DNA of 63,879 nt, the filler included, from Octopus bimaculoides (Eukaryota): NCBI RefSeq assembly GCF_001194135.2. It is 7 parts of 7 records of this genome, joined end to end, with 100 filler letters (N's around TTAATTAATTAA, not from the genome) between each part and the next. Parts side by side here need not be neighbours in the genome. Positions count along the whole stretch, not along the records: positions 46,406 to 59,372 come from NC_068981.1; positions 59,473 to 63,879 come from NC_068986.1; 5 more parts are not named here. The stretch is one strand, 5' to 3'. Shown in pieces: positions 50,085-63,879 of the stretch (positions are counted from its first letter, which is position 1; the number at the start of each line of letters is the position of its first letter). Below the pieces are notes generated by a model that saw only the letters and a list, made by a program, of their open reading frames with translations, did not search any database and was not told the origin of the DNA. The translations under genes and the position numbers were made by a program.

Positions 50085-50919
50085 AGGAAGCATAAACACC
50101 ATAAATCGGCAAAAATATACATGTATAAAAATTACATCAAATTAGATTTCACAGGAAATTTTCTTGTTAATACTAATTTCATAAATAAATTCTTACTATG
50201 AATAATCAAGCTGATCAAAACTGATGTGGGTGTAATTAGTAACAAAAATTTTATATTTAATTAACCCATATTGAAAGTGAGAGAAACACTGTCACTTTGG
50301 CAAAGCAGAAAGGAGCTCACCTCACTATCTAAATTTATGAGGACCTTAGCTAAAGAATTGAAAAACAAATATAACATGGTATAATCCTCCTTCCAAATTA
50401 AGAGGCACAACAATTATACTGCAAGTATTGTTCACCTCACTTTCATCCTCAACATAGGTACAACAAAATTTTCAATAGATATGTCATGAAAATAACAATT
50501 TCTTGTAAACTAAATTTTGTTCGTTCTCAAATGTTACTGAACTATATAGTACTAACACAAATCCTGTTATTAAACAGTGCAACTTTAGGAAGAAGTATAA
50601 TTACCCGAAAGAAACTAATATTTCAAAAAACACATTGTTAAGTGCAAACTAATGATTCGTTTCTAGCTTATTTATAGAAGCTAATTGCAGCCAATTAAAA
50701 GCCCATTGGTATCAACGCTACTGCGCGTTTTGGAATTCCCATAAGAAAACCGAAAACAAATCTACAAATCTAATTAATTACAAATTTAAATGAAAAATAT
50801 ATAGAGAATTAAACTATAAACCGATACACTGAAATCAGGTCATTTAGGCACTACGCAAGCGTCTTCAAAAAAGGATACCCTTCACAAGTCCCTCTAAATT
50901 TGTCTAGAAACGTCTAAAG

Positions 50920-51566
50920 ATATGGTTTTGGATTCTGAGAACTTTCCAGTCTAGAGATGCCCACACCATCATCTTTCTCTACCCTCCCTTTTCCCACCGT
51001 GGTCTCCCCATACGAAGCAACTCATTAAGAAAGTAAAAGCACTCCAGAGGTTAATAACAAGAAAGATAGACGGCATGAGAGGCATTGATTATTGGGGGCG
51101 GCTACAAAAGCTCAATCTCTACTCTCTCCAATGCCGCCGGGAACACTACATCATGTGTGTGATGTGGAAAATATTCCATCAGTATTGCACAAATGATGTT
51201 GGCATCAATTTTAAAATCCATCCAAGACTTGGCCCCCGTGCTATCCGCACAACACAAAAATCGAACTCAGGAGGACACATAGCAGCATTACGTCACAATT
51301 ACTTTACCTCAACCGGTCCAGCTCTCTTTAATACCATACCAAAATACGTCAAAACAGAAATGGATCCCATAAAATTCAAAAGCTCACAGGACAAATTTCT
51401 TCAAAAACTCCCGGACCAACCTCCTACACTTGGATATGTCTCCAACAATAATAACTCTTTGCTAGAGTGGGCCATGGTCCCCCATATGTGACTAAAAGAC
51501 TTCACCAGGTGGTGCTATTAAGTTAGACATGGCCCGGGCCTATACTGGCCGAAACCTATCAAAGTT
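50920..51566 (+). mobile_element. CR1/L2-type LINE 3' end
   Basis: RLQKLNLYSLQCRRE, FKSSQDKFLQKLPDQP...NSLLEW; 3' stem-loop followed by (AT)n. Confidence 0.9.
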
Positions 51567-52946
51567 ATATATATATATATATATATATATNNNNNNNNNN
51601 NNNNNNNNNNNNNNNNNNNNNNNNNNNNNNNNNNNNNNNNNNNNNNNNNNNNNNNNNNNNNNNNNNNNNNNNNNNNNNNNNNNNNNNNNNNNNNNNNNNN
51701 NNNNNNNNNNNNNNNNNNNNNNNNNNNNNNNNNNNNNNNNNNNNNNNNNNNNNNNNNNNNNNNNNNNNNNNNNNNNNNNNNNNNNNNNNNNNNNNNNNNN
51801 NNNNNNNNNNNNNNNNNNNNNNNNNNNNNNNNNNNNNNNNNNNNNNNNNNNNNNNNNNNNNNNNNNNNNNNNNNNNNNNNNNNNNNNNNNNNNNNNNNNN
51901 NNNNNNNNNNNNNNNNNNNNNNNNNNNNNNNNNNNNNNNNNNNNNNNNNNNNNNNNNNNNNNNNNNNNNNNNNNNNNNNNNNNNNNNNNNNNNNNNNNNN
52001 NNNNNNNNNNNNNNNNNNNNNNNNNNNNNNNNNNNNNNNNNNNNNNNNNNNNNNNNNNNNNNNNNNNNNNNNNNNNNNNNNNNNNNNNNNNNNNNNNNNN
52101 NNNNNNNNNNNNNNNNNNNNNNNNNNNNNNNNNNNNNNNNNNNNNNNNNNNNNNNNNNNNNNNNNNNNNNNNNNNNNNNNNNNNNNNNNNNNNNNNNNNN
52201 NNNNNNNNNNNNNNNNNNNNNNNNNNNNNNNNNNNNNNNNNNNNNNNNNNNNNNNNNNNNNNNNNNNNNNNNNNNNNNNNNNNNNNNNNNNNNNNNNNNN
52301 NNNNNNNNNNNNNNNNNNNNNNNNNNNNNNNNNNNNNNNNNNNNNNNNNNNNNNNNNNNNNNNNNNNNNNNNNNNNNNNNNNNNNNNNNNNNNNNNNNNN
52401 NNNNNNNNNNNNNNNNNNNNNNNNNNNNNNNNNNNNNNNNNNNNNNNNNNNNATATATATATATATATATACATGTATATATAAAGGACCTCATATACCA
52501 CCATGATGCACTTTATATTTTCTTCAAATTTCATGCACTCTCCTTAACTAGTTTTACAATTTTCTCTATTTTTATTCTAGTCATTTCAGCATATTTTTAT
52601 CTATCTACATCTATATTTGTTTAACCTCTAACAAAATTTCTACACATGTAGGTATGTTATGGTGTGATCGTGTGGAAGTGAATGAGTCTGGGAATGTTTG
52701 TCTGGTTAAATAAATAATTTGAACAGATCCAGATATTTCTGAAGTCATGACATATGTAAGAGTGAAAAAAGAGCAAAGTCATTATAACGCATCTAAACAT
52801 ACGAAGGCACGTGAGAGAGTGCAAGTGTGATGTAGTATATGTGAAAGAGCAGAAATGGAAAGAGGCAAATAAGAGACGAGTGGATGGTCAACTGAGAGGG
52901 TACACCAAGTAAACAAACATTCGAAACGTTATGGACAATATGTAAA

Positions 52947-53057
<111 letters not shown>

Positions 53058-53565
53058 ACACACACACACATACACACACACATACACACACACAAATAAC
53101 AAAGGTTGTTCACAGTAAATTGTACGTCGAAATACGAAAAGGAAGAGTGACGGTTCAGGTGTAGCCTTTATCAAAGTTTCATGTGCGGAGACGGGATTGA
53201 CCCGTCCGGAGTGTTGGTGGAGTTCGAACACCTGCCACCAGTAGTTGAGCTAAAAGACTTGGAGCCTTTCATGAGGTATTAAAAAGAAAAAAAAGTAAGT
53301 AAAATCAACACCGCAATATAAGTTTACTCTATATTGAAGGCCCCCCCCATGCAAAAATTGCAGCTTAATGTCACAGCTGTCGCAAGCATACAGTCATTGT
53401 CACTACATGACAGACCGCCACCCATATACACCCGTTTACATATACATACATGCATGTATGTATATATCATGCATACACCCATGATATATACCGTACTTTA
53501 ACGTGTATAACTTTTTTGTCATAAATTAGATAAAAAAAATATCGGAGTTTCACATACATGGATAG

Positions 53566-53925
53566 TATTATAATGCCTTACAAAACCTTTATTTTTAATT
53601 TTAAACCCACAAAATTAGCGAGTTCCTTACAGACGAAGATTCCTTATAAACGTTAAAATACGGTACATTGACGAGCACAAACCAGTTGAAGTTTCCAGAA
53701 CATCGGCATCAGGTTTCCAGAAGACTTGAAGCCAATAACATCGGCATCAAGTGCAGCTTCTCTCGGACCCGTAGTCGCTACATCACACCACTCTTAATAT
53801 TATAATCCCTTACAAAACCTTTTTTCCAAATTTTAAGCCCCCAAAATTAGGGAGTTCTTTACACACGAAGGTTCCTTATACACGTTAAAATACAGTACAT
53901 TGATGAAAACACAAATCAGTTGAAG
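53566..53925. repeat. Diverged direct repeat of about 125 bp
   Basis: 53566-53691 matches 53798-53925. Confidence 0.85.
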
Positions 53926-54198
53926 AAGCTGTAAGTAAAGTTAGATGGATCCGAGAATTTTAAACCAAATGGCAGTTGGGTCTCCCCTCTTACAACAGTA
54001 CAATATCCTACAATGCATCTGCGGTACCAGTATTGATTCCATTAAACCGAAAAATTACTCAATACATTTTGTAGAGTACATATTCATTGCACTTTTACAA
54101 GAGCAATGGGGACGGTGACTTTGACTTTTCGCTAGCCCTCATCCGAGACTTCGAAGTCACTGGCACCAATCTTCTTTCTTTAAGACTATAATACACAG

Positions 54199-54239
<41 letters not shown>

Positions 54240-54585
54240 AACATGCAAATACACACAAACCCAGGCTACAACAGCATTCTATAAGTAGTACCCCTGTCAT
54301 TCAACCTTGACAGGTACTCCTACACATGGAGGTAGCTGCAACACTGGGCCGAAACAAGGTTCTCGTATGCGCACCGTAAGTGCATGAGGCACAGCGATTG
54401 TCGTACGCAAACCAAGGTTATTTGAACAGTGGCGAGACTGGAAAATGGATAGAATATCGTACTACATTTCATATGATTCAACAGTTTACGTCAGAGTGAC
54501 CAATATGGTCTTCAGATAAACAGAGGCATGGAAGAACGAGAGATTGATCTGTGACTGACGCGTCTTCGTCCGGTAGACAACCAGT

Positions 54586-54641
54586 GTGACATCACATTGT
54601 GCTGACCCAAAGCGTGACATCACATTACGCTGACCCAAAGC
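54586..54641. repeat. 28-bp tandem duplication
   Basis: gtgacatcacatt(gt/ac)gctgacccaaagc twice. Confidence 0.9.
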
Positions 54642-54761
54642 GACACACCAACAGCCATTACAATAACCACAACCCTGGCTGTCCGTCTGCTAAGTTTGTA
54701 TCACTAGGTTTCCGTTGACCCGATTCTATTGCAAACATAACGATATGCAATTCAATTTTGA

Positions 54762-55012
54762 AAGCGCGTGGCTTAGTGCTTCAATTCTAGGACTGAGCGG
54801 CGCGTTATGTTTTTGAACAAAACATTTCACTTCACGCTGCTCCAGTCCATCAATTGGGTAACCCTACGATGGAGGGGGTATGTTGGCTTGCCTTCCTAGC
54901 CAGCGGGGTGGCATCGTTAGAAGGCTAAAACGATGCAAAGCGGATCATGACCAACGATGTATAACAACATTCGATTGTCTGGTCAATAACGTGATCACGT
55001 GGTACAATTCAA
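54762..55012 (+). mobile_element. SINE (MetaSINE-like core), degenerate
   Basis: gcgcgtggcttagtg...ttcacgctgctccagt...gggtaaccctacgatgg. Confidence 0.6.
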
Positions 55013-55611
55013 TAGAGATGTGTTTATAAGTTACAAAAGAGTGGTGAGGACAAACGTCTCTCGCAAAGGAAATATCTCAAAAGAGGAGATCGTTTCACCG
55101 TCTGCAGAAGTCACAAGGGTTTCATCAGCTGTTGACAGGTGGTAAACTTGAAGAAGGACATTTGTTTGTTCCCATTCATAAAATAGACACGCGCAGAACC
55201 GTTAAAAGCTTCGATACAGATGGAAGATTTTTTGTTACTTGTAAGACAGGATATAACGTTCGTCTTCATTTAATGAATACAAGAAGAAAGAAAAAAAGTA
55301 GACAAAAAAAAATGTCGCAATGTAATTATTAACACGTTTAATTTCATGGCAATAATAGAGCTTGAAAAGTTGGATGATTTATATTAGCGAGTACAATATA
55401 TGTAATTTAATGTTGCATGCATGAATAATTATCTGAGCAGCCCTGTACATGCAGTGGTAAATGCACACACGCAGAGGGATATACAATGGAAACTAGCGTA
55501 GACATATGTTATCAGCGCCTTCGTAAATATTTTGGGAGAACACGTGCGCATATATATATATGTTAGTGCGTGTGTGTGCGTATATATATATATATATATA
55601 GATATATATTA

Positions 55612-56121
55612 TTTTATTTGTTTCAGTCATCTTGACTGCGGCCATGCTAGAGCACCGCCTTTAGTTGAGGAAATCGACCCCAGGACTTACTCTTTGTAAG
55701 CCTAGNNNNNNNNNNNNNNNNNNNNNNNNNNNNNNNNNNNNNNNNNNNNNNNNNNNNNNNNNNNNNNNNNNNNNNNNNNNNNNNNNNNNNNNNNNNNNNN
55801 NNNNNNNNNNNNNNNNNNNNNNNNNNNNNNNNNNNNNNNNNNNNNNNNNNNNNNNNNNNNNNNNNNNNNNNNNNNNNNNNNNNNNNNNNNNNNNNNNNNN
55901 NNNNNNNNNNNNNNNNNNNNNNNNNNNNNNNNNNNNNNNNNNNNATATACATACACATATATACGACAGGCTTCTTTCAGATTCCGTCTACCAAATCCAC
56001 TCACAATGCTTTGGTCGGCCCGAGGCTATAGTAGAAGACACTTGCCCAAGGTGATACGCAGTGGGACTGAACCAGGAACCATGTGGTTGGTAAGCAAGCT
56101 ACTTACCACACAGCAACTCCT
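55612..56121 (-). mobile_element. Full-length SINE across a gap
   Basis: Both ends match 22392-22796. Confidence 0.9.
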
Positions 56122-56421
56122 AGGTACACTGCGACATAATTTCTTTTCCTCAACAGGCCCTGCCCTGTTTAACATTGTCCCAAAACTGATCAAAGAGGAA
56201 AAGGATCCCATCACCTTTAAACGGAGTCTGGACAAATTTCTTCAAGGAATACCAGATAAGCCACCCATACCTGGATACAACTCACTCTACAAGAACTCAC
56301 TACTTGAATGGACCATAATCCCACAAAACTTGACTTAAAAGGGATTTAGCTAATCCTATCAGGTGGTGCTATTAAGTTGGACATGGCCTGGACCAATCAT
56401 TGGTCGAAACATATCTAAGTT
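56122..56421 (+). mobile_element. 5'-truncated CR1/L2-type LINE 3' end
   Basis: LRHNFFSSTGPALFN...DKFLQGIPDKPP...NSLLEW; homologous to 51290-51566. Confidence 0.9.
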
Positions 56422-57238
56422 TTATCTAAGTTTACATACATGCATACATACATACATACATACATATATATATGTGTGTGTGTGTGTGTGTNNNNNNNNN
56501 NNNNNNNNNNNNNNNNNNNNNNNNNNNNNNNNNNNNNNNNNNNNNNNNNNNNNNNNNNNNNNNNNNNNNNNNNNNNNNNNNNNNNNNNNNNNNNNNNNNN
56601 NNNNNNNNNNNNNNNNNNNNNNNNNNNNNNNNNNNNNNNNNNNNNNNNNNNNNNNNNNNNNNNNNNNNNNNNNNNNNNNNNNNNNNNNNNNNNNNNNNNN
56701 NNNNNNNNNNNNNNNNNNNNNNNNNNNNNNNNNNNNNNNNNNNNNNNNNNNNNNNNNNNNNNNNNNNNNNNNNNNNNNNNNNNNNNNNNNNNNNNNNNNN
56801 NNNNNNNNNNNNNNNNNNNNNNNNNNNNNNNNNNNNNNNNNNNNNNNNNNNNNNNNNNNNNNNNNNNNNNNNNNNNNNNNNNNNNNNNNNNNNNNNNNNN
56901 NNNNNNNNNNNNNNNNNNNNNNNNNNNNNNNNNNNNNNNNNNNNNNNNNNNNNNNNNNNNNNNNNNNNNNNNNNNNNNNNNNNNNNNNNNNNNNNNNNNN
57001 NNNNNNNNNNNNNNNNNNNNNNNNNNNNNNNNNNNNNNNNNNNNNNNNNNNNNNNNNNNNNNNNNNNNNNNNNNNNNNNNNNNNNNNNNNNNNNNNNNNN
57101 NNNNNNNNNNNNNNNNNNNNNNNNNNNNNNNNNNNNNNNNNNNNNNNNNNNNNNNNNNNNNNNNNNNNNNNNNNNNNNNNNNNNNNNNNNNNNNNNNNNN
57201 NNNNNNNNNNNNNNNNNNNNNNNNNNNNNNNNNNNNNN

Positions 57239-57282
<44 letters not shown>

Positions 57283-58149
57283 TTTGATTGTTACAAATAT
57301 ATATTTTGGTATATATAAATGTATGGATGTGTACATGCATGTGTATGGTTGAACAGGCGTACATACATATACCTTTATATGTGTGTGCGTGTATGTGTGT
57401 ATGTGTGTGTGTATACATGTTTGTATTTGTATCACGACTGTCTTCATATTTTATCTTTGTTATTAATTTTTCATATTTTTCTTATTAGTCCTTTGTGTTT
57501 GATTTGGAACAATTCAATAATTTATGAAGACTTTCTCGGTTTTATCTTTTATCTTCGTCATAAAATGGTGTCGATGGCGCTAATATTGACGCGTTTTGCC
57601 TGATGCAGTAAAGTTCATGGGAATGATGTTGTAACTGATAAACGTCATAATCTCTGCGTTTTGATATTATTTATAACTATGAACTGTAGGTCACATTCTT
57701 ACCTTATTTCACGTGTGTTGCACTTGATTACGGATGTTTTTCTTTGCGTTTTTCGCAATTTATAAATCTCTTAATGCTAACCTATTTATTAATAATTTTC
57801 TGTGGAATTACGTATATGCTAGCAGCGTTATTAATTAATATTTTGCTATCAAGTCTCGTCCTGTCTTCGGTATCAAATGTTCTGAAGACCTCCTTGTAGA
57901 TGCTTGGTAAACTTACAGGAATGCTCCTGTCTTCTGTGACGATCTAACCGCTTGAGTATATTGAGAGGTGAAAGAACCGTACTTCATACAGCATTAGCCG
58001 TCTGAGTTACGTTCTTTGTATTAGGGTTTCACTGTTTCGTGTTCATAAGCTTCTGTTTTTTTTTCTCTCGCAGTTTTACTGGCTGTTGATAGTGAGATAG
58101 GGCACGTGATCGCTTTTATAAGTTTTTGAAGGAAGAAAGTGTGAGAGAA

Positions 58150-58320
58150 AGTTGTGGTGAAAGAGTACAGCAGGGTTTGCCACTACCCCTTGTCGGAGCG
58201 TCGTGGAGCTTTAGGTGTTTTCGCTCAATAAACACTCACAACGCCCGGTCTGGGAATCGAAACCACGATCCTACGACCGCGAGTCTGCTGCTCTAAGTAA
58301 TGGGCCATTGCGCCTCCACT
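58150..58320 (-). mobile_element. tRNA-derived SINE 5' part
   Basis: Minus strand ggaggcgcaatggccc...ggtttcgattcccagaccggg. Confidence 0.8.
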
Positions 58321-59085
58321 CCCGCTATACACGCACATATAAAAAAAAGAAGAAAAACAAGACATAATGAATCTAAGACATTATTTGTGCTCCATTGTCA
58401 TTATTTCTTTCTGTTGCTCTCATATTTTCGTTGACGATTTCAAATGTTGCCGAACCATTTATTTTCTTCTCCAATATCTTCATTTTATACTTCAAACTTT
58501 ACTCAAGTGCTATTCTCCCTCCTATTTACATTTTCTCTGTGTATGTGTTTCTCTTGTGTATTTATATAATGTTGGTTGGTTAGACTTAGTGTTCTTTAGC
58601 ATTGCTTGTATGAAAAACGGTAGCAGGATTGGCAGTTTGTAATCTTAGGCAGTTGTTATATTTTTCTCTCCTTCCCTTGCTTGGAAAACTAGGTTTTCGT
58701 TAGTTGAATGATGTGATGTTAGAGCAACCGTACAACGTTAGCTCCTCCCACTGTACCGCAGTTATCTCCGAAATGCTTTGAGTAGGTGTACGATAAAATA
58801 GATAATATTAGACATAACACATACCCACATACAATAGTGCAGGCTAGCTTTCATAAATAGCCTATATGATACAAACTGTAATGTTATCTGCTTGCACGTC
58901 TAATGTCTGATTAAGTTTCTTTCCAAACATCAAGAACAAAACTATTCTGACATTATTTGAGAAAAACAAAACTTAAACCAAACAGATTTCTTCTCCAATA
59001 ACACAATCAATTGATTAGAAAATCCACTGCAAACTGTCGATTTAATAATGATCAACGCCAAAGACATCTATCTCTTTGCTTCATT

Positions 59086-59472
59086 TTATGTTCCTTCCTT
59101 CCTTCCTTCCTTCCTTCCTTCGATCCTTCCTTCCTTCGATCCTTCCTTCCGTCCTTCTTTCCTTTGCTTCTTTTCATCCTTTCCCACTTTTTATCGTTCT
59201 ATCATCACTATCAGCGTCTAAATAGGCATACATAGACACACACAGACAGACAGACAGACAGAGACACAGACACAGACACAGACAGACAGACACAGACACA
59301 GACAGACAGACAGAGACACAGACAGACAGACAGACAGACAGACACAGACACACACACACACACACACACACANNNNNNNNNNNNNNNNNNNNNNNNNNNN
59401 NNNNNNNNNNNNNNNNTTAATTAATTAANNNNNNNNNNNNNNNNNNNNNNNNNNNNNNNNNNNNNNNNNNNN

Positions 59473-59523
<51 letters not shown>
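59086..59523. repeat. (CCTT)n, (GACA)n, (CA)n and (GA)n microsatellites
   Basis: Read directly from the sequence. Confidence 0.9.
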
Positions 59524-59529
<6 letters not shown>

Positions 59530-60709
59530 AGACATTTTTTAAGATCCATCCTCAGGTGATTGTTTAAATATGCCCTTCGTTAGAATCTGCTTTCATTTCA
59601 CTCAGTGTGAAAATAACTGCCCAAAGCCGTGACAAATACAGAAACAAATAGGCAAAAGAAAAGAGATCAGGTTGACTATAAATTACAATTCTTTCTTCAT
59701 TTTCAGATTTTAAGAAAGAAAGTGCGAAACAAAATGGAGAATAAAATTAAGTGTTTGGAAATAATAAAATGTTTATAGTGATGAAGGCAGACCATTTCTG
59801 TACTTATCAACTGTTTCTTTATATGTTTGAATAATCTAAATTACACTCTGTCATTCGCGACAAAACGACTACCTCCATTTTACACTCGAACAAACTTCTA
59901 TTCAAAACTAATCTGTTACCAACTAGCTTTTGTATTCTTTTTTTGAAACGACTGGGAAAATATATTAATAGGTATCTTCACCGCCACTAACCCGTATATA
60001 TATTCTTTCATATACCCTCATACAAATTACTGCATATGGTTTTAATGACATGATACATATAACTATTTATATATACACAAATATACACTTTTTACATATA
60101 TCCTTACTATTTTTACTATATATGTCGTTACTGATATATGTTGGGTTGAAAGTCTAACTCACACAAAGTAGTGTAAAATTTATATATATTTGCACAAATT
60201 CACTCACATGTGTGTACGTACATACATTCATACATATGCATGTAGTAATAGTAGTAGTAGTAGTAGTAGTAGTAGTATTTTTGAGGCTGTAAGGCTATAT
60301 TTACCGACGGTTCGTCTGCTATTTCGAACAAGTAGGGCAGCCTTTCTTTTTTGAAGGGTCACTACATGAGAATTTGTGCGCTGAGCTCCTAATCAAGCTT
60401 GATCAAGGAAACTTGTAATGAATGTCATTCTCGCAGTAATCGCCACGCATTTTTATATGCATTAAAGATTACAATACTGTGTCAAATCCTTTTATAATAT
60501 ACTAGCTGACCCTGTGACGTCAAAAATGAGGGCTAATTATAGTGTTTCATATATAGATAAGGTATAAAATAAGCTACATAGTAAGTACAGGTATAAACAT
60601 TCACATACTTCCCTTGTACAGGAATACACATGCACATATACTCAAACAGAATAAAAATGTTGTTTCATTTTTCTTTTCAGCGTTGAACGTTCCCCATCCC
60701 ATTTCCATT

Positions 60710-60788
<79 letters not shown>

Positions 60789-61302
60789 TTCACATGCCAC
60801 CCTTTTACATANNNNNNNNNNNNNNNNNNNNNNNNNNNNNNNNNNNNNNNNNNNNNNNNNNNNNNNNNNNNNNNNNNNNNNNNNNNNNNNNNNNNNNNNN
60901 NNNNNNNNNNNNNNNNNNNNNNNNNNNNNNNNNNNNNNNNNNNNNNNNNNNNNNNNNNNNNNNNNNNNNNNNNNNNNNNNNNNNNNNNNNNNNNNNNNNN
61001 NNNNNNNNNNNNNNNNNNNNNNNNNNNNNNNNNNNNNNNNNNNNNNNNNNNNNNNNNNNNNNNNNNNNNNNNNNNNNNNNNNNNNNNNNNNNNNNNNNNN
61101 NNNNNNNNNNNNNNNNNNNNNNNNNNNNNNNNNNNNNNNNNNNNNNNNNNNNNNNNNNNNNNNNNNNNNNNNNNNNNNNNNNNNNNNNNNNNNNNNNNNN
61201 NNNNNNNNNNNNNNNNNNNNNNNNNNNNNNNNNNNNNNNNNNNNNNNNNNNNNNNNNNNNNNNNNNNNNNNNNNNNNNNNNNNNNNNNNNNNNNNNNNNN
61301 NN

Positions 61303-62150
61303 ATTAATCAATAATGTATTTACCCTTGTTTGCAACTTCTTCCCAATGTTCAACAAGATTTTCAATACCTCGTTGGTAGAAATCACTCGAAAAATTGTTC
61401 CAACCAAGAACTCAATTCTGCATCAGTATTGAACGAAACTCCGCGCATACCATTTGAAAGAGATCGAAAGAGGTGGAAATCCATTCGTGCCAAATCAGGA
61501 TAGTACGGCGGGTATGGCAACACTTCCAAATCATGCGTTTGAATGGCTTCCTTGGTCATATTGGCGATATGAGGGCGGGCGTTGTCGTGCAGCAGAAGAA
61601 CTCCATGCTGCCGATCAGGTTTTTTCTCTTGAATAGCTGTGATGAGTCGTTCCATCTGTTGAACATAGATTTCGGCGTAGATCGGTTGGCTCTGTTAAAG
61701 CAATTCGTAATGGATAATCCCTTCCCAGTCTAGCCATACGCACAGCATCGTTTTACGCGGATGAAGATCTTCGCGCGGTGTCGCTTGTTTACCGGGGCTA
61801 AGCCATTCCTTACGCTGCTTCATATTGATGTAGAGGCACCATTTTTCGTCGCCAGTAACGATTCGGTAAAGAAATCGTTGCTTGTGTTCATGAGTTGAGC
61901 AGTGACGAGCGGAGATTGTGGCTCGTTTATTTTTATTTGGGATAAGATTTGGTTAGTATTTCTAGCAGATCAGACGATCGATCGCACTGGATAAATCTTT
62001 CGTCATTTACTCAGTAAATTTATGGTTTTGATGCGTCGGTGAGGTGATTATGATACATCTGCATGACACTTCGGTTGATTACAGTTTGATCGTGTTAAAT
62101 CTAACATGAAATCGACATTTATCGCTTGAAAGTTTTATGTAACATCATAG
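61303..62150 (-). mobile_element. mariner (DD34D) transposase remnant
   Basis: IVTGDEKWCLY, LHPRKTMLCVW, LLHDNARPH, PYYPDLARMDFHLF. Confidence 0.95.
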
Positions 62151-62449
62151 TAGAACTATTATTCGTCGGTGAAGATCGACGATTTCCGCTTATATTAACT
62201 AATATTCAGCGTATTCATTAACAAGGCATTGGATACAAAGACAATATTTTGCTGTAGGTTAAGGAAAGCTAATAGAATTCAGCTAGTTTCTTATATACAA
62301 CAGTCAGAATGAAAATTAAATATAATATTCTGATTAATATGAAATATATATTTGCATTTCATCTCAACCAGACTATCGCATATGCACACACACGTGTGTA
62401 TTTAGATGAATACGTATATATACATTCAAGTATATACATATACATATAC

Positions 62450-62482
<33 letters not shown>

Positions 62483-63339
62483 NNNNNNNNNNNNNNNNNN
62501 NNNNNNNNNNNNNNNNNNNNNNNNNNNNNNNNNNNNNNNNNNNNNNNNNNNNNNNNNNNNNNNNNNNNNNNNNNNNNNNNNNNNNNNNNNNNNNNNNNNN
62601 NNNNNNNNNNNNNNNNNNNNNNNNNNNNNNNNNNNNNNNNNNNNNNNNNNNNNNNNNNNNNNNNNNNNNNNNNNNNNNNNNNNNNNNNNNNNNNNNNNNN
62701 NNNNNNNNNNNNNNNNNNNNNNNNNNNNNNNNNNNNNNNNNNNNNNNNNNNNNNNNNNNNNNNNNNNNNNNNNNNNNNNNNNNNNNNNNNNNNNNNNNNN
62801 NNNNNNNNNNNNNNNNNNNNNNNNNNNNNNNNNNNNNNNNNNNNNNNNNNNNNNNNNNNNNNNNNNNNNNNNNNNNNNNNNNNNNNNNNNNNNNNNNNNN
62901 NNNNNNNNNNNNNNNNNNNNNNNNNNNNNNNNNNNNNNNNNNNNNNNNNNNNNNNNNNNNNNNNNNNNNNNNNNNNNNNNNNNNNNNNNNNNNNNNNNNN
63001 NNNNNNNNNNNNNNNNNNNNNNNNNNNNNNNNNNNNNNNNNNNNNNNNNNNNNNNNNNNNNNNNNNNNNNNNNNNNNNNNNNNNNNNNNNNNNNNNNNNN
63101 NNNNNNNNNNNNNNNNNNNNNNNNNNNNNNNNNNNNNNNNNNNNNNNNNNNNNNNNNNNNNNNNNNNNNNNNNNNNNNNNNNNNNNNNNNNNNNNNNNNN
63201 NNNNNNNNNNNNNNNNNNNNNNNNATATATAACAAAATGTTAGTCCCAAGTAGTGATTTTAGGCATAAGCAAAATTTAGGTTAGAAAAAATATCTTTGTG
63301 ACACATTTCAACTGCTTAGAATTCCTAATAGATGGTGGC

Positions 63340-63822
63340 ACTGAACAAACCGAGTGTTTTCACTCCTTTTACCGAAAGAGAGATAGTTTCACCACGGTAA
63401 CAGCATTGTATTTGCCTTTTAGCAGTTCAAATATGTCACAAACATATTTTAACTAATACACATTAATATATATTTATTTAACAAACATATTTTAACTAAA
63501 TAAAATTTTGGTTATGCATTAACACTGCTTGAAGCAAACTTTTCGTTATTTTATTCGATCGGGCGACCTACTAGCGCAAGAATTATACATAAAGCTATTT
63601 ATTGCTTTATAAGTTTGCCTCTTTTAGGTCAATCCCATTCACAAGAGTCAATGAACTCGAAGCATCGATGTCTCGGATTGCTGATTGATGCCGAGACTGA
63701 ACAAACCAAGTGTTTTCATACCTCTTACCATTAGAGAGAAGTTTTTTCCACCGTAACTGCAGTGTATTTGCCTGTTAGCAGTTCAAATATGTCATATTTT
63801 AACATATTTTAACTAATACACA
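63340..63822. repeat. Diverged direct repeat of about 125 bp
   Basis: 63340-63462 matches 63696-63822. Confidence 0.85.
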
Positions 63823-63829
63823 CGCACGC

Positions 63830-63879
<50 letters not shown>

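Noticed and set aside
57850-58030. RTE-like remnant on the minus strand (LKRLDRHRR)
   Set aside because: The similarity is too weak to call.

Overview
AT-rich, gap-riddled (N-runs) animal genomic DNA with no recognisable host gene, rRNA, true tRNA or CRISPR. The tRNA-derived SINE families, microsatellite load and retroelement mix look like a coleoid cephalopod, probably Octopus (inference from repeat recognition, not a database hit). Nearly all recognisable sequence is decayed mobile DNA: Penelope-like elements (PLEs), CR1/L2-type LINE pieces, R4/Dong-type restriction-endonuclease (REL) retrotransposons, L1/Tx1-like ORF1 pieces, Tc1 and mariner transposase remnants, hAT and piggyBac-like MITEs, and about 20 SINE copies. 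Main observations: (1) an orientation-locked pile-up of at least 5 REL subfamilies in (AAT)n tracts at 37-45 kb, plus a related family embedded in (CATA)n; (2) minimal hammerhead-ribozyme motifs in several PLE termini, including a tRNA-like + (AAT)n + hammerhead cassette and a head-to-head hammerhead palindrome; (3) long foldbacks at PLE ends; (4) twin-priming-like 5' inversions in a PLE and a CR1-type LINE. All alignments and identity estimates were done by eye.
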